A stretch of 64,000 nt of DNA from Octopus vulgaris (lineage: Eukaryota), in contig OX597815.1 of NCBI GenBank assembly GCA_951406725.2, positions 73,594,001 through 73,658,000 of the forward strand. The letters are read 5' to 3'. A program made the translations under genes and the position numbers. This document shows positions 1-13,334 of the stretch, piece after piece. The first letter of the stretch is position 1; each line of letters starts with the position of its first letter. The notes below the pieces were generated by a model. It saw only the letters and a program-made list of their open reading frames with translations. It was not told the DNA's origin and did not search any database.

Positions 1-285
1 CTTTCTGTATAAATATATTGTAAATGATATGAGCCTTACAACTATCCATCTTTTATCACACACACACACACACATACACAAGAGGGTACTGAAAAGTTCC
101 TGGCTTTAAGGGTGTTGTGAAAGGCCTGGTTGAAGGCCGAACTTTCTGAGTTCTTAAAAAAAACTGAAGGACCACTGGAAATAAGTGTGTAAATCTGAGA
201 GGGGAATATGTTGAACAAAATCAAAATTAACTGATCCGCTTGTATTTTCTTTTACTCTAAGCCAAGAACTTTTCAGCACCTCCTT

Positions 286-386
<101 letters not shown>

Positions 387-505
387 TATACATACACACA
401 CATTTATAAATAAATGAGCTCAAACATTAAAGCTCAAGTGTTTCTTTAGAAGAAATACAACAAACACAATTTTATGTATAAATCTACAGATAAAAATTTA
501 CTCAC

Positions 506-605
506 GAGTTTTATTGTGGAGGTTCATCACATATGGTTTGATTTCAGTCAAGTATTTTTCAAATTCCTCATCCATTCTTGTATGCAAAGGTTCATGGTGA
601 TCCAT
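506..605 (-). CDS. CEP112: First coding exon of a CEP112/CCDC46-like centrosomal protein (N-terminal DUF4485-type region); gene continues off the left edge of the window
   Basis: ATG at 605 gives MDHHEPLHTRMDEEFEKYLTEIKPYVMNLHNKT, resembling the CEP112 N-terminus as recalled (LDAEFDHFVVDMKPFVLKLPHRT). Phase-1 donor GTGAGT at 505-500; acceptor TAG at 622-620. Confidence 0.8.
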
Positions 606-1001
606 AATTAATGACAGATCTATGTAATGATATTCTTCAAAGCAAGACACGCTAAAAGAATTAATCAAAAAGAATGCCAACACCATTAACAAGCAGCAGC
701 TGATTTTAAATGTTCTTGATATATATTTTTTGTTGCTTTTTATCATATTTTTTATAAGAAAGAAAAGACAAGATTCTCCAATATATGTTAACCTTTTCAT
801 TACCATATTTCTGTCAGAATACATTGCTTTTGTTTGGAATTTACTAAAATAACTTTGTTGTTATTAATCTGATATTTGGAGCATAAATTACCATGGAACT
901 TTGTTGGAAGATTTTCATTTACATCACTTTAAAGTGAGAAATTTGTCATGGAAGCAGGGGCAGAGTTAGGAAGGTTGATATCAAAAGATGAAGAGGAGGA
1001 A

Positions 1002-1053
<52 letters not shown>

Positions 1054-1055
<2 letters not shown>

Positions 1056-1252
1056 GACTATATATACAATGTATAGAAGGTGGTAGAGGCCTTATACAGC
1101 TGGAAAACTATTATAAAATAACAACCATAGGACTACAAAAATATCTACTTCAGAAGCAAGGAAAACTAATACAAATAGCAGCAAAACACAAAACTGTTCT
1201 CAGTATTTAAGGAAGCTGACAAATACAAACAAGAAATCATATCACCTAACAA

Positions 1253-1283
<31 letters not shown>

Positions 1284-2280
1284 GGATGAGGAGGAGGAGG
1301 AGGAGGAGGAGAAGGAGAAGGAGAAGAAGAAGAAGAAGAAGAAGAAGAAGAAGAAGAAAAGCTATAAAAAAAATGAAATGCAAACTAAAACTAGAACAGC
1401 AACGGTCCATGATAAAACGATGGCAAGAAAAGCCCCTTCGTAGCAAATACTGGACTAAACTAAATGCAAAAGAAATAGACAAAGAAAAATCCCAGCAATG
1501 GTTGAGAAGCTCAGGACTCAAAGCAGAGCCAGAGGGATTTTTAATTGCAGCACAAGACCAAAGCCTCCCCACCAAAAATTACCAAAAACATAATGAAAAG
1601 AAACACAACAAGTAACTGCAGAATATGTGGAGATGGACAAGAAACAATAAATCATATTATCTCTGGCTGCCCATTCCTGGCTAAGAAGGAATATATTCAC
1701 AGACATGATAGAGTTGGGACCTACATACACTGGAAGCTATGCCAACATTATGGAATAACAACAGAAAAAAGATGGTATAGGCACACACCAGAATAGGTCA
1801 CAGAAAACGAGAAAGCAACCATACTCTGGGATATGCCAATACACTCAGATAAAAGAAATTAAGGCCAACTGATATAGTTGTCAGAGATCATGAAGAAAAA
1901 AAATGCCTTCTAATTGATGTATCAATACCAGCAGATGACAACATGTCTCTAAAAGAAATGGAAAAACTTTCAAAATACAAAGACCTGGAAATAGAGGTAA
2001 CTCGAATGTGGAATCTAAAAACAGAAACAATTCCTATCACAGTAGGTGCATTAGGTATGATAAAAAAATATTCAGACAAATACATAGCAAAAACACCAGG
2101 ACTTACAAATATATATAACATACAGAAAATTGCACTACTGGGCACTGCACACATCCTACGCAAAGCACTTTCAATACAGTAACCATCAGAGCATCACAAC
2201 AAATCACAGCACATACCCAAGGCACACAGAGCTGTGCTCAGTAGGGAAGTGAAAGCACGCTATAAAAATAAAACCACTGA
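1054..2280 (+). mobile_element. 5'-truncated R4/Dong-clade non-LTR retrotransposon (zinc knuckle + restriction-like endonuclease), frameshifted
   Basis: RLYI..EGGRGL motif, CRICG..ETINHIISGC CCHC knuckle, RHD motif, IDVSIP..KEMEKLSKYKDL RLE motif, IPITVGALG...LGTAHILRK end. Flanked by (AAT)n on both sides. Confidence 0.9.
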
Positions 2281-2296
2281 ATAATAATAATAATGA

Positions 2297-2705
2297 ATGG
2301 CTGTGTGGTAAGTAGGCACAGGAGGGGCTGTGTGGTAAGTAGCTTACTGACCAATGACATGGTCCTAGGTTCAGTCCCATTGTGTGTCACCTTGGACAAG
2401 TGTCTTCTACTATAGCCTTGGGCCGACCAAAGCCTTATGAGTAGATGTGGTAGATGGAAATTGAAAGAAGCCTGTCGTATATATATATATATATATGTAT
2501 ATGTTTGTGTGTATGTGTTTGTCTCCCCACCATCGCTTGACAACCAATGTTGGTGTGTTTACATCCCTGTAACTTAGTTGTTCAGCAAAAGTGACTGATA
2601 GAATAAGTACTAGGCTTACAAAGAATAAATTCTAGAGTCAATTTGTTCAACTAAAGGTGGTTTTCCAGCATGGCCACAGTCAAATGACTGAAGTAAAGAA
2701 AAGAA
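2297..2705 (+). mobile_element. tRNA-head SINE (octopus OR-like, CORE-like centre)
   Basis: GGCTGTGTGGTAAG head, GGTTCAGTCCCA B-box-like motif, CACCTTGG(A/G)CAAGTG core, CAAATGACTGAAGTAAAG tail; many copies in the window. Confidence 0.85.
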
Positions 2706-5170
2706 TTTGCCACCAGGGCAAAGGATGAGGGAGATAATACAAAGACAGACATAAAGTGTGTGGGTTTACATATAAAGGAATGATAAAATAAAAAGTATAC
2801 ATGGTATACATTAGAAGGGAAGTATACATAGTATATGACACTATAAAAAAAGGGGTAAAAAAAAGCAATTGTGATGGGTTCCCTGATACAGGATGACCAT
2901 TCGAGATCACCCCAAATACCAAGGATGAGAGCCCTCTCCAACTTCTTTCTTCCGACTCACAGGTCTACACTGAGAATGGTGTCCTCCGCTCTTGCCATTT
3001 GCACAACTTCCACCAACCTTTTCATAAATTCACTCAAGGACAGTGCCTCCCTCTCTACCCTTGCTTTCCTTTTCAAGTGAAACTGGAAAAAGTCGATGGG
3101 GAGCTTACCAAAGAGGAATGTTTCTGTTCTCATTCCTTTCAGCCTCGTCCACCAAATAACCTCTTTCACCACAGCCACCAGACAAAGAAAAACTGCCTTG
3201 CCAGCCCAATTAAAGGAGGGCAGAGGGTTAATCATCATTATTGACTTAGCTGTATATGGATCTGCCCTACACATGACAGCAGTTGTCTGACATAACCCCA
3301 ACAAGTCAGCAATGCCCAGACACTGAACGAATACATGCAGAATGGTTTCGTAACTCTGCGAGCACATCAGACAAGTCCATCTGACAGCACATCCATGCCT
3401 GTAGAATTCATCTCGAACTGGTAGTGCCCACTGGTAGCACTGCCAGGCTGAAGACATCTGGAAATTATCCATAACACTCCCCGACCAGTAAGTCCTCCAG
3501 AATAGACTTGCCAGTTCATCTTTGTCAATGCCTAGTGTCTTCCTGATGATGACATTGCACTTCCCCGCTACTAATCCTCTGTAAATATCTCAAGTGGAAC
3601 ATCGACCGATCCTATTGCCCGACTTGTAGAGGACAATGAGCACCTGATGACATTCTAAATGCCAGGCACCCAGTCTCGGCCTATCCTTTACCCAGTACTG
3701 CAGCTCCGTCAAGGAGATGAGCTGCGGAAAGGCGTGTCTCACAAACAGAGCCCACACACATTCATCTTCTAGAAATTGCTGCAGGTGGCATGTGTGTGTC
3801 TGTGCATTAAGAATCATGGCATGCCTAAGCCACCATGCAAAAGGAGTTGGCATCCTTAAAAATGGATGCGAGAGTATGTTTTCCAGAGATCTTTGTTTCA
3901 CTAATGGCAGTTACATCTAACTCAAGTGACCTGAGAATGTTGAGGAAGTGACATTGCTTCCAAGCTGATCCCAGGTCACACACCCCATTCTCAGCACAGC
4001 CATGCTAGTAGGAGAAGAAAAAGAAGAGGTTACTCACTTTGATTTTCAAGAAGTCCAGAAATTCTGAGCCTCTCTACTGGCATAAATGTTTTAAAATGCC
4101 CTTCCAACAGCCTTTTATCAACAGATTTTTTTAAATCCTCACACTACCTGGGAATTTTTCTCTTATAATTTTATAAATGTCTGATGTTTTATTTAAGAGT
4201 CTGTCCTTAGGGATTTTGAGGATGAATTCCTCAAATTCCTTTCCCTCTGTCTTTATTTTGTTTTTGTTTTGATTTACAAAATCCATCAATTCACTGTTAG
4301 ACTTGTTCATAACAGTGAAATTGATGGATACATTTTGTCTACAGTCTGATGAATATTTTTGAAGTTCTGTAATTGGTTGTTTCTGTGTTTCTATGATTTT
4401 GTGCTGCTGTTGATGATGTTGCTATTTCTGAAGTTGTTGATCTTGTTCTTGTTGTTTATGTTGGAGTAGTTGCGAATTGTGTTGCAGTTGTGGTTTCAGA
4501 ATAAGTTATTGTTGATGTTTTGAAGTAGGGCTGTGTACTCTCCTCCTCTTTTGCCTTCCCACTTTTGTCACCGTGATCCATTGATCATTCAGCTCTTCTT
4601 TCTCCATGTCATTGCAGTTGATGTTGGTTTGGGAGGAAGAGCATTCAGGAGAAACTTGCTTTTTCGTGGCAACTGGAGGTAGAATACCTTCTTTATCTTG
4701 GTTTGGGAGTGGGTATGAACATAGGTGTGGGAGAAGGTATAGGAGTTTTGTGCACTTGTTTATGATTTAGCCCTTGTGTTTGTAATGTTGGCAGCAGTGG
4801 GACTTTATTTTGCCTTGTTTCAGGGCATAAAGCCTTTAAGTTATTTACAAACCCACATGTGTGGCATCTTGGTTTTCCACCCTCCATGAGCACTGACAAG
4901 TGAGTACCATCCGGGAGAATGATTAGATCGGGTAGTTGATTGATATGGTCCTGCTTGCATTGCAAGGTAAGTTCCATACCTATACCTAACCAATTTTGCT
5001 TAGATGGTTTCTTGACCTCCAATACTGTGACTTCGTCTTCTTTTAAACCTAGCAAGACAGCCGCCACTAACCAGATAATGGGTATTTCTGGTGGCGCATT
5101 CAGCACCCTAATCTTGGCAAGGCATTGGCCATGATAACTGGGGATTAAGAAAAAGTTGTCATTCCTCAAA
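2706..5170 (-). mobile_element. Degenerate, internally deleted Tx1/L1-type LINE (ORF1 zinc-knuckle fragment and ORF2 C-terminus)
   Basis: ORF 4693-5169 has CHTCGFVNNLKALC (Gag-like knuckle). ORF 2957-3472 has ALPVRD..CLMC..ETILHVFVQC..IWWTR, typical of the L1/Tx1 ORF2 C-terminal zinc-finger region. Confidence 0.75.
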
Positions 5171-5176
5171 GTGGTT

Positions 5177-5770
5177 GCAGAAGTAGTGGGGAAGCATCAT
5201 GCCCTGATGCAGTACCAGGCAGTGGCTCTCATGGCTTCTGATCTTAACTGATTGGAAGTGTTATCATGTACATGTTTTGTCTTGATATGAAAGATGGGCT
5301 ACAGCAAATATCCTGCTCAATACCACAGATTTGCTTGTCAGTTGTTTGACTTTAAACCAGTTGACCATGTCCCTTAGTGGCTGACGATATGTGCATCTCT
5401 GATCACGAGCAGAAGTAGTGGAGCATCATAGCCATGTGTTGAGAGGGATCCTTTGGGGTTTGAATAATTCACTTCTGGAAACATGGGTGTTTCGTTCAAT
5501 ATCCTTAACCCTTATTCAGGGACATTTTGAGCGGGATGGGTTACTCAACCAGAAGAAAATTCTGAGTCCCACCTGTTAGATCATGTGCTATTTATCTTGA
5601 TATGAGATCACCATGTTGAGTTCATATGGTTGTGATGCATGTACCTAGTGTACTCTTATCAGATGGGTAGTCATGATGGATATACTGGGCTTCATATATT
5701 TTACTCATGTCACTTTGATGGCATGCACTGCTCTCTCACTCAATAATAAAAAAATAATAATAATAATAAT
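5177..5770 (+). repeat. Interspersed repeat ending in an (AAT)n tail, probably retroposed
   Basis: Ends CTCTCTCACTC-AATAATAA...; internal duplicated motif GCAGAAGTAGTGG..AGCATCAT at 5177 and 5409. Confidence 0.5.
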
Positions 5771-6172
5771 GATAAGCCAAAGGACTATTCAATGACCTCT
5801 CAATGACCTGCATATTATGGTATTATCTTTGTGGAAAGACTCTCAGAATAGGATCCAAATATTGGTACATCATGCTCAGTATGGAACTTAGTAAAATGTT
5901 CGAAGGAGAAATAATACAAAAAAACATATGTTAAAAAGAAAACAATATTGGAACAAAGATTATTGGTACAAAGCAATGCTGTATCAAATTTATACGTAAT
6001 ACCTGACGTACCAACATTTTGCAGAAACTGGGTACTTGATACACCTACATTTTGCATTATGTAATTACTTTGTGTACACTTGCAACAAAGAATGTACAGT
6101 TATACAGGAATTATATCTATAAATAAGATGGATATGTGAGTGCATGCATGTATGATAGTGTATGTGTGTGTG

Positions 6173-6398
6173 TGGCGAGCTGGCAGAAACGTTAGCATGC
6201 TGGGCGAAATGCTTAGCAGTATTTCGTCTGCCGTTACATTCTGAGTCCAAATTTTGCTGTAGGTCAACTTTGCCTTTCATCCTTTCGGGGTCGATAAATA
6301 AAGTACTAGTTACGCACTGAGGTCAATGTAATCGACTTAATCCCTTTGTCTGTCCTTGTTTGTTCCCTCTGTGTTTGCCCCTTGTGGGCAATAAAGAA

Positions 6399-6400
<2 letters not shown>
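6173..6400 (+). mobile_element. SINE with Nin/Deu-type central domain
   Basis: GGCGAGCTGGCAGAAACGTTAGC head and GTCAACTTTGCCTTTCATCCTTTCGGGGTCGATAAA domain; other copies at 11170, 28600 and 46785. Confidence 0.8.
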
Positions 6401-6458
<58 letters not shown>

Positions 6459-6461
<3 letters not shown>

Positions 6462-6860
6462 TGTAGATACAGGCATGGCTGTGTGGTAAGAAGCTTGCTT
6501 CCCAACCACACGGTTCTAGATTCAGTCCCACTGTGTGGCACCTTAGGTGAGTATCTTTTACTGTAGCCTCAGGCCAACCAAAGTCTTGTGAGTGGCTTTG
6601 GTTGATAGAAACTGAAAGAAGCTTGTCATAAATGTGTATATGTATTTATGTGTGAGTGTCGTTGTGTCTGTATTTGTTCCCCATCACCACATGACAACTG
6701 GTGTTGGTGTGTTTATGTCCCCATAACTTAGTGGTTCAGCAAAAGAGACTGATAGAGTAAGTACTGGACTTGAAAAAAAGTCGATTTGTTTGGTTAAAAC
6801 CTTACAAGGCAGTGCTCCAGCATGGCCGCAGACAAATGGCAGAAACAAGTAAAAGGTAAA
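6459..6860 (+). mobile_element. tRNA-head SINE (OR-like)
   Basis: Full-length match by eye to the copy at 2297-2705. Confidence 0.85.
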
Positions 6861-7590
6861 AGACAGAGAGAAAGAGAGAGGAGAGAGAGTGAGAGAGAGA
6901 TGAAATGAAATGAAATGTAATAGCTCCTGTATGATATAATGAACATTAAGAGTATAACACTTGCTCCAAGAGTTTCTAAACTTTGATACACCAACCTCAC
7001 CCTATAGACTAATACTGCAGTGTACATACCTTTGCAATATTGGCACTACCTTTTAACATGGCACCAGGCTTTGTATAATGTAATGTAAAGCATGAAAAGA
7101 AAAGCAACAACTTAATTTGTAAAGTCTAAAGCAAACCATCAGAATCTGTTTATCTAACTTCAATGTTGTGATGATAAGTGTAGAAAACACAGGACAAGAC
7201 AACATGCCTCAAAGATTTGTCTCCATTTGTAAACTCACACCTGGCCAGAGATCAAGTTAGTTTGCCTACAGCTCTACTCTACAGAAAGTCAGTACAGTGA
7301 AATATTTAAAATGATTGAGAGAAAATTACTGGCAACTGTATTAAGTGGAGATGTGAACTGTGAGGAAGAATAAAAGGCAAGAAAAGCAGAGAATAGTGGG
7401 TGTCATTTTTGAAAGAAGAGCGGAGTAACTAAAGGCAAAATAGTTAATGCTTGGATAATATCACCATCCTCACATGCAACAAAGAATGATGCTCAAAGAT
7501 TATTTTTGATCTCTGGGCCTCTGAAGTTTATTTCACAACTGAAGTAAACCTAATATCTTCACATGTGTATGTTCTCTCTCTCTCTCTGTA

Positions 7591-7733
<143 letters not shown>

Positions 7734-7979
7734 GATATATATATGGAAACAAGGTACAATAGCTCATGTATGATAAAACGGTGATCATTAGAAGAAGAAT
7801 ACTTGCACCAACAGTTACTAAAAATGTCCAAGATTTCAGGTTTAACCAAACAACGTTAGCATAGAAATACTGAAAATCAAATGATATATAAACATACTTG
7901 TGTGAGTAGTTAAATAGCGAAATGCAAATAAAGAAATAACACAGTTACTATATAACTACATCAAAAATGTATCTTGAGA

Positions 7980-8030
<51 letters not shown>

Positions 8031-9604
8031 AACACTTATATGTAATATTCTTTATATACATATTTGTAATGTTCTTTTTATACATACAGACAGATGTACA
8101 TGTCTGACTATAAATGTGTCTATAAAAATGGCCATCAGATTAACTGCTTGTACATACATATGTATACCGAATTGACTATCTGTATGTGAAAGGACCAGAA
8201 AAGACAGTAAGTTTAAGGCACTTGCTTATGCAGCAGTGAATGAGTACAGTTAAAGAACCAATAAGAAGCACTTAAGAACTGTCAAGTTCCAGCTATTATA
8301 TGATCTTGCTTCAGAGAGGATCAAGGAAGGCAGTAACCTACACCACAACCCGCAGCAGATTAAACAATACATGAAAGATATCAAAATCAGATAATAAAAG
8401 TAACATTTAGAACAAAACAGCCAGAAATAAATGCAATAGATCTAAGGAAAAATTAATAAGCTGTAATATGAATAGAATAATAATCCATCTTTGCAAGCAA
8501 GGATAATGGATGAATTGTTGTTGAACTGTCTTCCCATTCTTCTTCCTAATCTCATTGTAAAGAATGTAAAAGGAATAAAGCAGTACAAAGTTACAGCTGC
8601 AAGCCAAACTGAATTCTGTTTGATGGAAACTTGCTATGTTAATCGTTTACTACAACAACAGCAACAGCAGTGGCAGGAACAACAACAACAACAACAACAA
8701 CAGCAATACAGCAATAAAATAAATAACTGTGTAAACTATAAACTGTTTGCTTGTTTGTTCTTTTGGTCAACATAGTCTGTCTTAATAAGGAAGCATTCAA
8801 ACATTGAATAAAACAGATAAACAGTTTCAATCCTACTCAACAGAGATATGTTACAGAGGACTGAAAGAAAACAGCTCAAAAAAAAAAAAAATCAACCCCC
8901 CCCCCCAACTCATATGCTGAATCATCAATAAATCTAGATGCTTCCGCAGTAAAATAGCCATGATACATAGCATCGGAGATAAAGCGGATAAAAGAAAAGT
9001 ATCCATGAATTCATGGAAGGTGTAAACATCACTCATAGAAACAACTGATTATGTATCGGCACCTTAGTGCAGTAATGCAAATGATACTACTAATAGGTGC
9101 AGCTTCATGGCTGCACACTGTTACAATGGCAATGATGATGATGAATTTTCAAAGCTATGCAATATAATGTGTCAGTATAAATGTTTTGCAAATGCTTAGT
9201 CACAGCAACTCCTTTCCTGGTTGTCAGGTTTGTCATCATCATTTAACATCTGCTTTTACCATGTTTGTGTGGGTTAGATGGAATTTGATGAGGTAGATAG
9301 ATTTTGCTGCAGCTGGACACCCTTCCTGTCACCAACTCCTATTTGTTCCCAAGCAAGATAACATTTCCCTATGACCAGACATGTTTTTCACAGAAGACTG
9401 AAAAAAAAACCTTGCTTGTATAGCAATTATATTCATTTACAGCCATCATGTGATGTCCAGTACTCACACACATACACAAACTCAACAGGTTGCTCTCTAC
9501 TCTCACAGAATCAAACAAGACTGAGTACTCTGAGAAATAAAATAATAAGAGCACCCAGTGAACGCAAATCTCCACCAAGGCAACACCAATGTACTCTCAA
9601 CAAT

Positions 9605-9890
9605 TAGCCAGAGATGATTTTTAAAATGAGAATATCTGAAATAAACTTGACCGCTCTCTCAAACAGGAATACTAAAAATGAATCTGACCACTCTCAAAAA
9701 TTAAATTAAAAAAATGGAAAAATAATCCAGAATCCTTGTCTGGTACCGGTTTGATCCCAAAATCTAATCATTTTGTGCCAGTCATGAGGCCAAACATCCC
9801 TGAAAGTTTCATCTGAATCCATCCAGTAGTTCTTGAGATATCTTGTCCACAGACAAACAAACAAACACGACTGAAAACAATACCTCTACC
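9605..9890 (+). repeat. Non-autonomous DNA element, possibly Helentron/HINE-like
   Basis: AAAGTTTCATCTGAATCCATCCAGTAGTTCTTGAGATATC...ACAGACAAACAAACAAAC..GAAAACAATACCTC layout recalls molluscan HINE-type repeats. Confidence 0.4.
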
Positions 9891-10476
9891 TTCTTTCAGT
9901 TTCCATCAATCAAATCCACTCACAAAGCTTTGGTTGGCCTGGGAGCTATAGTAGAAGACACTTGCCCAAGGTGCTACATGGTGGAACTTAATCCTAGACA
10001 ACAAGACTGGGAAGCAAGCTTCTTAATCTCACAATCAAGTCATTAATTTAGGTGGTCCACTTTTATTCAGGTCCCTAAATCAATTATTGTCAATTAACAG
10101 TCTTAACAGAGTTAATATTGAGAACCTTTACAAATCTAATTAGAAATGCTTATGTGATGAGGAAAAGACGACATTAACTCAATGGCTAATTATTAGGTGT
10201 ACCTCCAGCCTGGGATCAAAAACTAAGATGTGGAAATATTGATCCCATTTGGCTATGTCCAGGCAGACATGTTGAATAAGCTAGGAACCTCACCTCGTCA
10301 CTTTCCTTGTATTTTTTACAAAACATTTTCTTGAATTCCAGTTTTCAACATGAAAATATACAAAAAAAACCCCATCAGCTTTTCAAATTTTTACTTCTTC
10401 TACCCTCATTTTTTTCTTCTGCATACACATATAAAAACATATATACATTCTTCGGTCAATGAAAATAAAAAATAAA

Positions 10477-10663
10477 AATTAAGATATAGGTTGGTTAGTG
10501 GTCAGTGGAGGTAGTTTGAAAGTAGTTGTGGGGATAGAGAGAGAAAGGTGTTATAGTATAAATGATAGAGGAATTCCTCTATCATTTATACTATAACACC
10601 TTTCTCTCTCTATCCCCACTCCCACTTTCAAACTACCTCCACTGACCAACCTATATCTTAATT
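10477..10663. repeat. Spacerless palindrome, arms ~90 bp, centred on GAATTC (10571-10576)
   Basis: GTGGGGATAGAGAGAGAAAGGTGTTATAGTATAAATGATAGAGGAA|TTCCTCTATCATTTATACTATAACACCTTTCTCTCTCTATCCCCAC is perfect; outer arms have small indels. Confidence 0.95.
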
Positions 10664-10874
10664 CTTCTTTTTTCTTTTCCTTATTTTCTTTATTCATACC
10701 TTCAGGGGTTTATTCTTTATTTTTATTTTTACTAATTTTCTTTCTTCATTGATTGACTGTTAAGCAAAATAAGCATGTGTTTAGGGCATCGAGGGAAGGA
10801 GGGGGCACCACAGAAATGGTAAATGGCTTACGGCACAAAAGTAATCACTTTAAACTTTCTATAATAATATTCAG

Positions 10875-11168
10875 GATGCCTTTATCTGTACTAAGATTAG
10901 ATGCAGACGTGTTATCTAAGATTCATTTTGAGGATCTGATCAAAGACTTTGCAATTCAAAAAAGCAGGAGGGAACTTTTCAAATATAAATAAAGTGGAAG
11001 TTTACAAAAATAAACATTATTTTCCCTCTTACTGATTTGTTTCGTATTGAAAAATAAAAATCTATTTTATGGTTTGTTATTGTTTATATTTTGAATTACA
11101 TAATCTGTTATGGGAGCACCAAAATCTTTTAAGTGCTTAGGGCCTCGATGGGTCTTAAACCGGCCCTG
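10875..11168 (+). mobile_element. hAT transposon 3' fragment (end of dimerisation domain + right TIR)
   Basis: LSVLRLDADVLSKIHFEDLIKDFAIQKSRR resembles the hAT transposase C-terminus; terminus ...AAACCGGCCCTG (reverse complement CAGGGCCGG). Confidence 0.7.
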
Positions 11169-11169
11169 C

Positions 11170-11320
11170 ATCAACTCCAGTGCTCCACAGGTACCTATTT
11201 CCTCAATTCAGAAAGGGTGAAAGGTAAAGTCGACCTATCAGAAGTCAGAATGGAAAGACAGAGGAAATGCTGCTGAGAATTTCGTCTGGCGTGCTAACGA
11301 TTCTGCCAGCTTGCCGTCTT
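11170..11320 (-). mobile_element. Nin-type SINE, degenerate
   Basis: Reverse-complement similarity to 6173-6330. Confidence 0.7.
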
Positions 11321-11458
11321 TTAGTATTAATCGTTATTTCTGTCAATCTACCAACCTCAAATAATTAGCAATATGTTAAATAACAATTTTAGCCTTGGGG
11401 TTTTGTGATAAATTTCATTTCCCTCAAATATTTAACATTGATAACTTTATAAACTTAC

Positions 11459-11548
11459 CTAGGATAACGTTTTTGGTAAGCAATTTTCATTAATTCACCT
11501 CGCTATTAAACAAACGCAGGAAGAACTTGCCCTCTGTCTCAGGCCAAT
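11459..11548 (-). other. Candidate 5'UTR exon of the CEP112-like gene
   Basis: Acceptor TTTGTAG at 11549, strong donor TAG|GTAAGT at 11458; 90 nt of non-repetitive sequence. Confidence 0.4.
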
Positions 11549-11660
11549 CTACAAATCCATAGAATATTTGAAATAATTAATATTTTCTATCAACATAGTC
11601 AATAGAGTAATTTTCTTAGGTATTGACTCCACTTCCTTTACATAGTTAAGTGATATTCAG

Positions 11661-12235
11661 TACCATATTTGATGGCATATAAGATGCACAGGAAAGACTT
11701 CCTCCCGCCCGCCCCCCCCATTTTTTGGGGGGTGGGGGGGTAAAAAAAACCCCGTTTTTCAGATACGGAGATTCCGGAAAATTGCCAAAAACCAGCATTT
11801 TGAAATTTCGGCACCCTTCCCCCAATTTCTTCATTTTTCACTTTTTTTCCCTAACCCTTTTTTTTTTCAGAATCATAATTTCCGTATTTTTCCGCATATT
11901 GTGAAAAAAAATTTTACAAAAATTTTTGGAAATTTTATTCAGAATCATAATCTCCGTATTTTTCTGCATATTAAAAAAAAGAGGGGGGGTAATTTCAAAA
12001 TGCCGATTTTTGCCAATTTTTTTTGCCGATTCGTATTCTCCATAGCCGAAAACGAGGGTTTGTATAGAAAATAAAAAATAAAATAAAGGGGTGTTTTGGG
12101 ATGGGGTACAAAAGAAATCTTGCCGATGCACATTCCTCCCACCCCCGAAAAATACCTCAGAAAATCAACCCAGGTCCTATATTTGACTTGTGACCAGCTA
12201 TAAATACCGTATTCGATGGCATAAAAGAGACTCGG
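11661..12235. repeat. DNA-transposon remnant with two same-orientation pogo/Tc2-like end motifs
   Basis: TACCATATTTGATGGCATATAAGATGCAC at 11661 and TACCGTATTCGATGGCATAAAAGAGAC at ~12205; internal ~70 bp duplication TTCAGAATCATAAT.TCCGTATTTTT. Confidence 0.4.
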
Positions 12236-12814
12236 CCATATTAGACGTAACCTGATTTATTCAGGAAAAAGTGAGTACAGGAACAAAATTACCTTATGGG
12301 AGGTCCAACTATCCTAGAATCAAAACAAATGTCAACGAAAAACTATCCGTATATAGGATTCCGGGGTGATTTTTGAAGATGGTTTTTAATTTCGTTTTGA
12401 AAACAGCGCGTTTTATATGTCATTCAAATACAGTAGATTTCAAAGTATAACTTCTGTTTCTGTTATAACAGCCTACTCATCCGCAAAGTACACATTACGG
12501 TCGTTAAATAAAATCAAAGATACATCAGAAAATGCAGTTCTAGATCATCTATGTCTGTATAAAAAGACGGTGTGTTCGGCATTTCAGCGTCAACACGGCG
12601 TTAGTATATATAAATTCTCCTCAGTGAGTCAAAGCATGTACAGTGTATATGTCCTCAGGGGTTAGAAAGAAAAGTTTGAGGCAGGAGTGAATTCACGACT
12701 CTTAAATTAAATTGAAAAGCTTGTCCCATTGGTCATTTAATCTTTCTAAACTTGAACTTAAGAAACATATGGTTACAAGTGCACTCCTACAAAAAAAGTT
12801 GCTAATTTATTAAT

Positions 12815-12891
12815 GGAGGTAAAGAATACGCACACCGCCTGCTTCAGCGTAACCTTAACCTTAATCGCCTAGTATGCGTATTCTTTACTTT
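12815..12891. mobile_element. Tiny MITE-like inverted repeat with telomere-like spacer
   Basis: GTAAAGAATACGCA / TGCGTATTCTTTAC arms around TAACCTTAACCTTAA. Confidence 0.5.
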
Positions 12892-13334
12892 CGCCAATTT
12901 ATTTTTATTCTCGGCCTAATCGTAACCCTGAGACCAAACCTAGGTTCCGTTATTGTATTATTGCCCGCGTCACTATCGCCAATAAGCACGTTATCTGGGT
13001 GCAAGCCATTCTATTGCCCCAAACTTTCTCCTCTTTCTTTGTCACCCTCTTCATTTCCAAAGATACTTCTTTGCTTCTTCACTTTTTTAATGTTCCTTCT
13101 GGCTTTCCTAAAGCATATTCTACGCAATATTTTCCTACATTCCTTCTTCTTTAATAATATGTCCCACTTACTTTCTTGATTTTTTTTTTTTTTTGCATGT
13201 TATTAGCTGGTTTATCGTTTCTAATTCGTCGCAAATGTTAAAATAAATTCCACGCAAAGACACATAAACAATAGAGAGCCTTTCACTAAGGAAAGATACC
13301 AACGGCCAATTCTTGTTTACATATCACGTATAAA

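Noticed and set aside
606-824. N-terminal extension of ORF 498-824
   Set aside because: Lies upstream of the acceptor at 620 and of the homologous start; intronic read-through.
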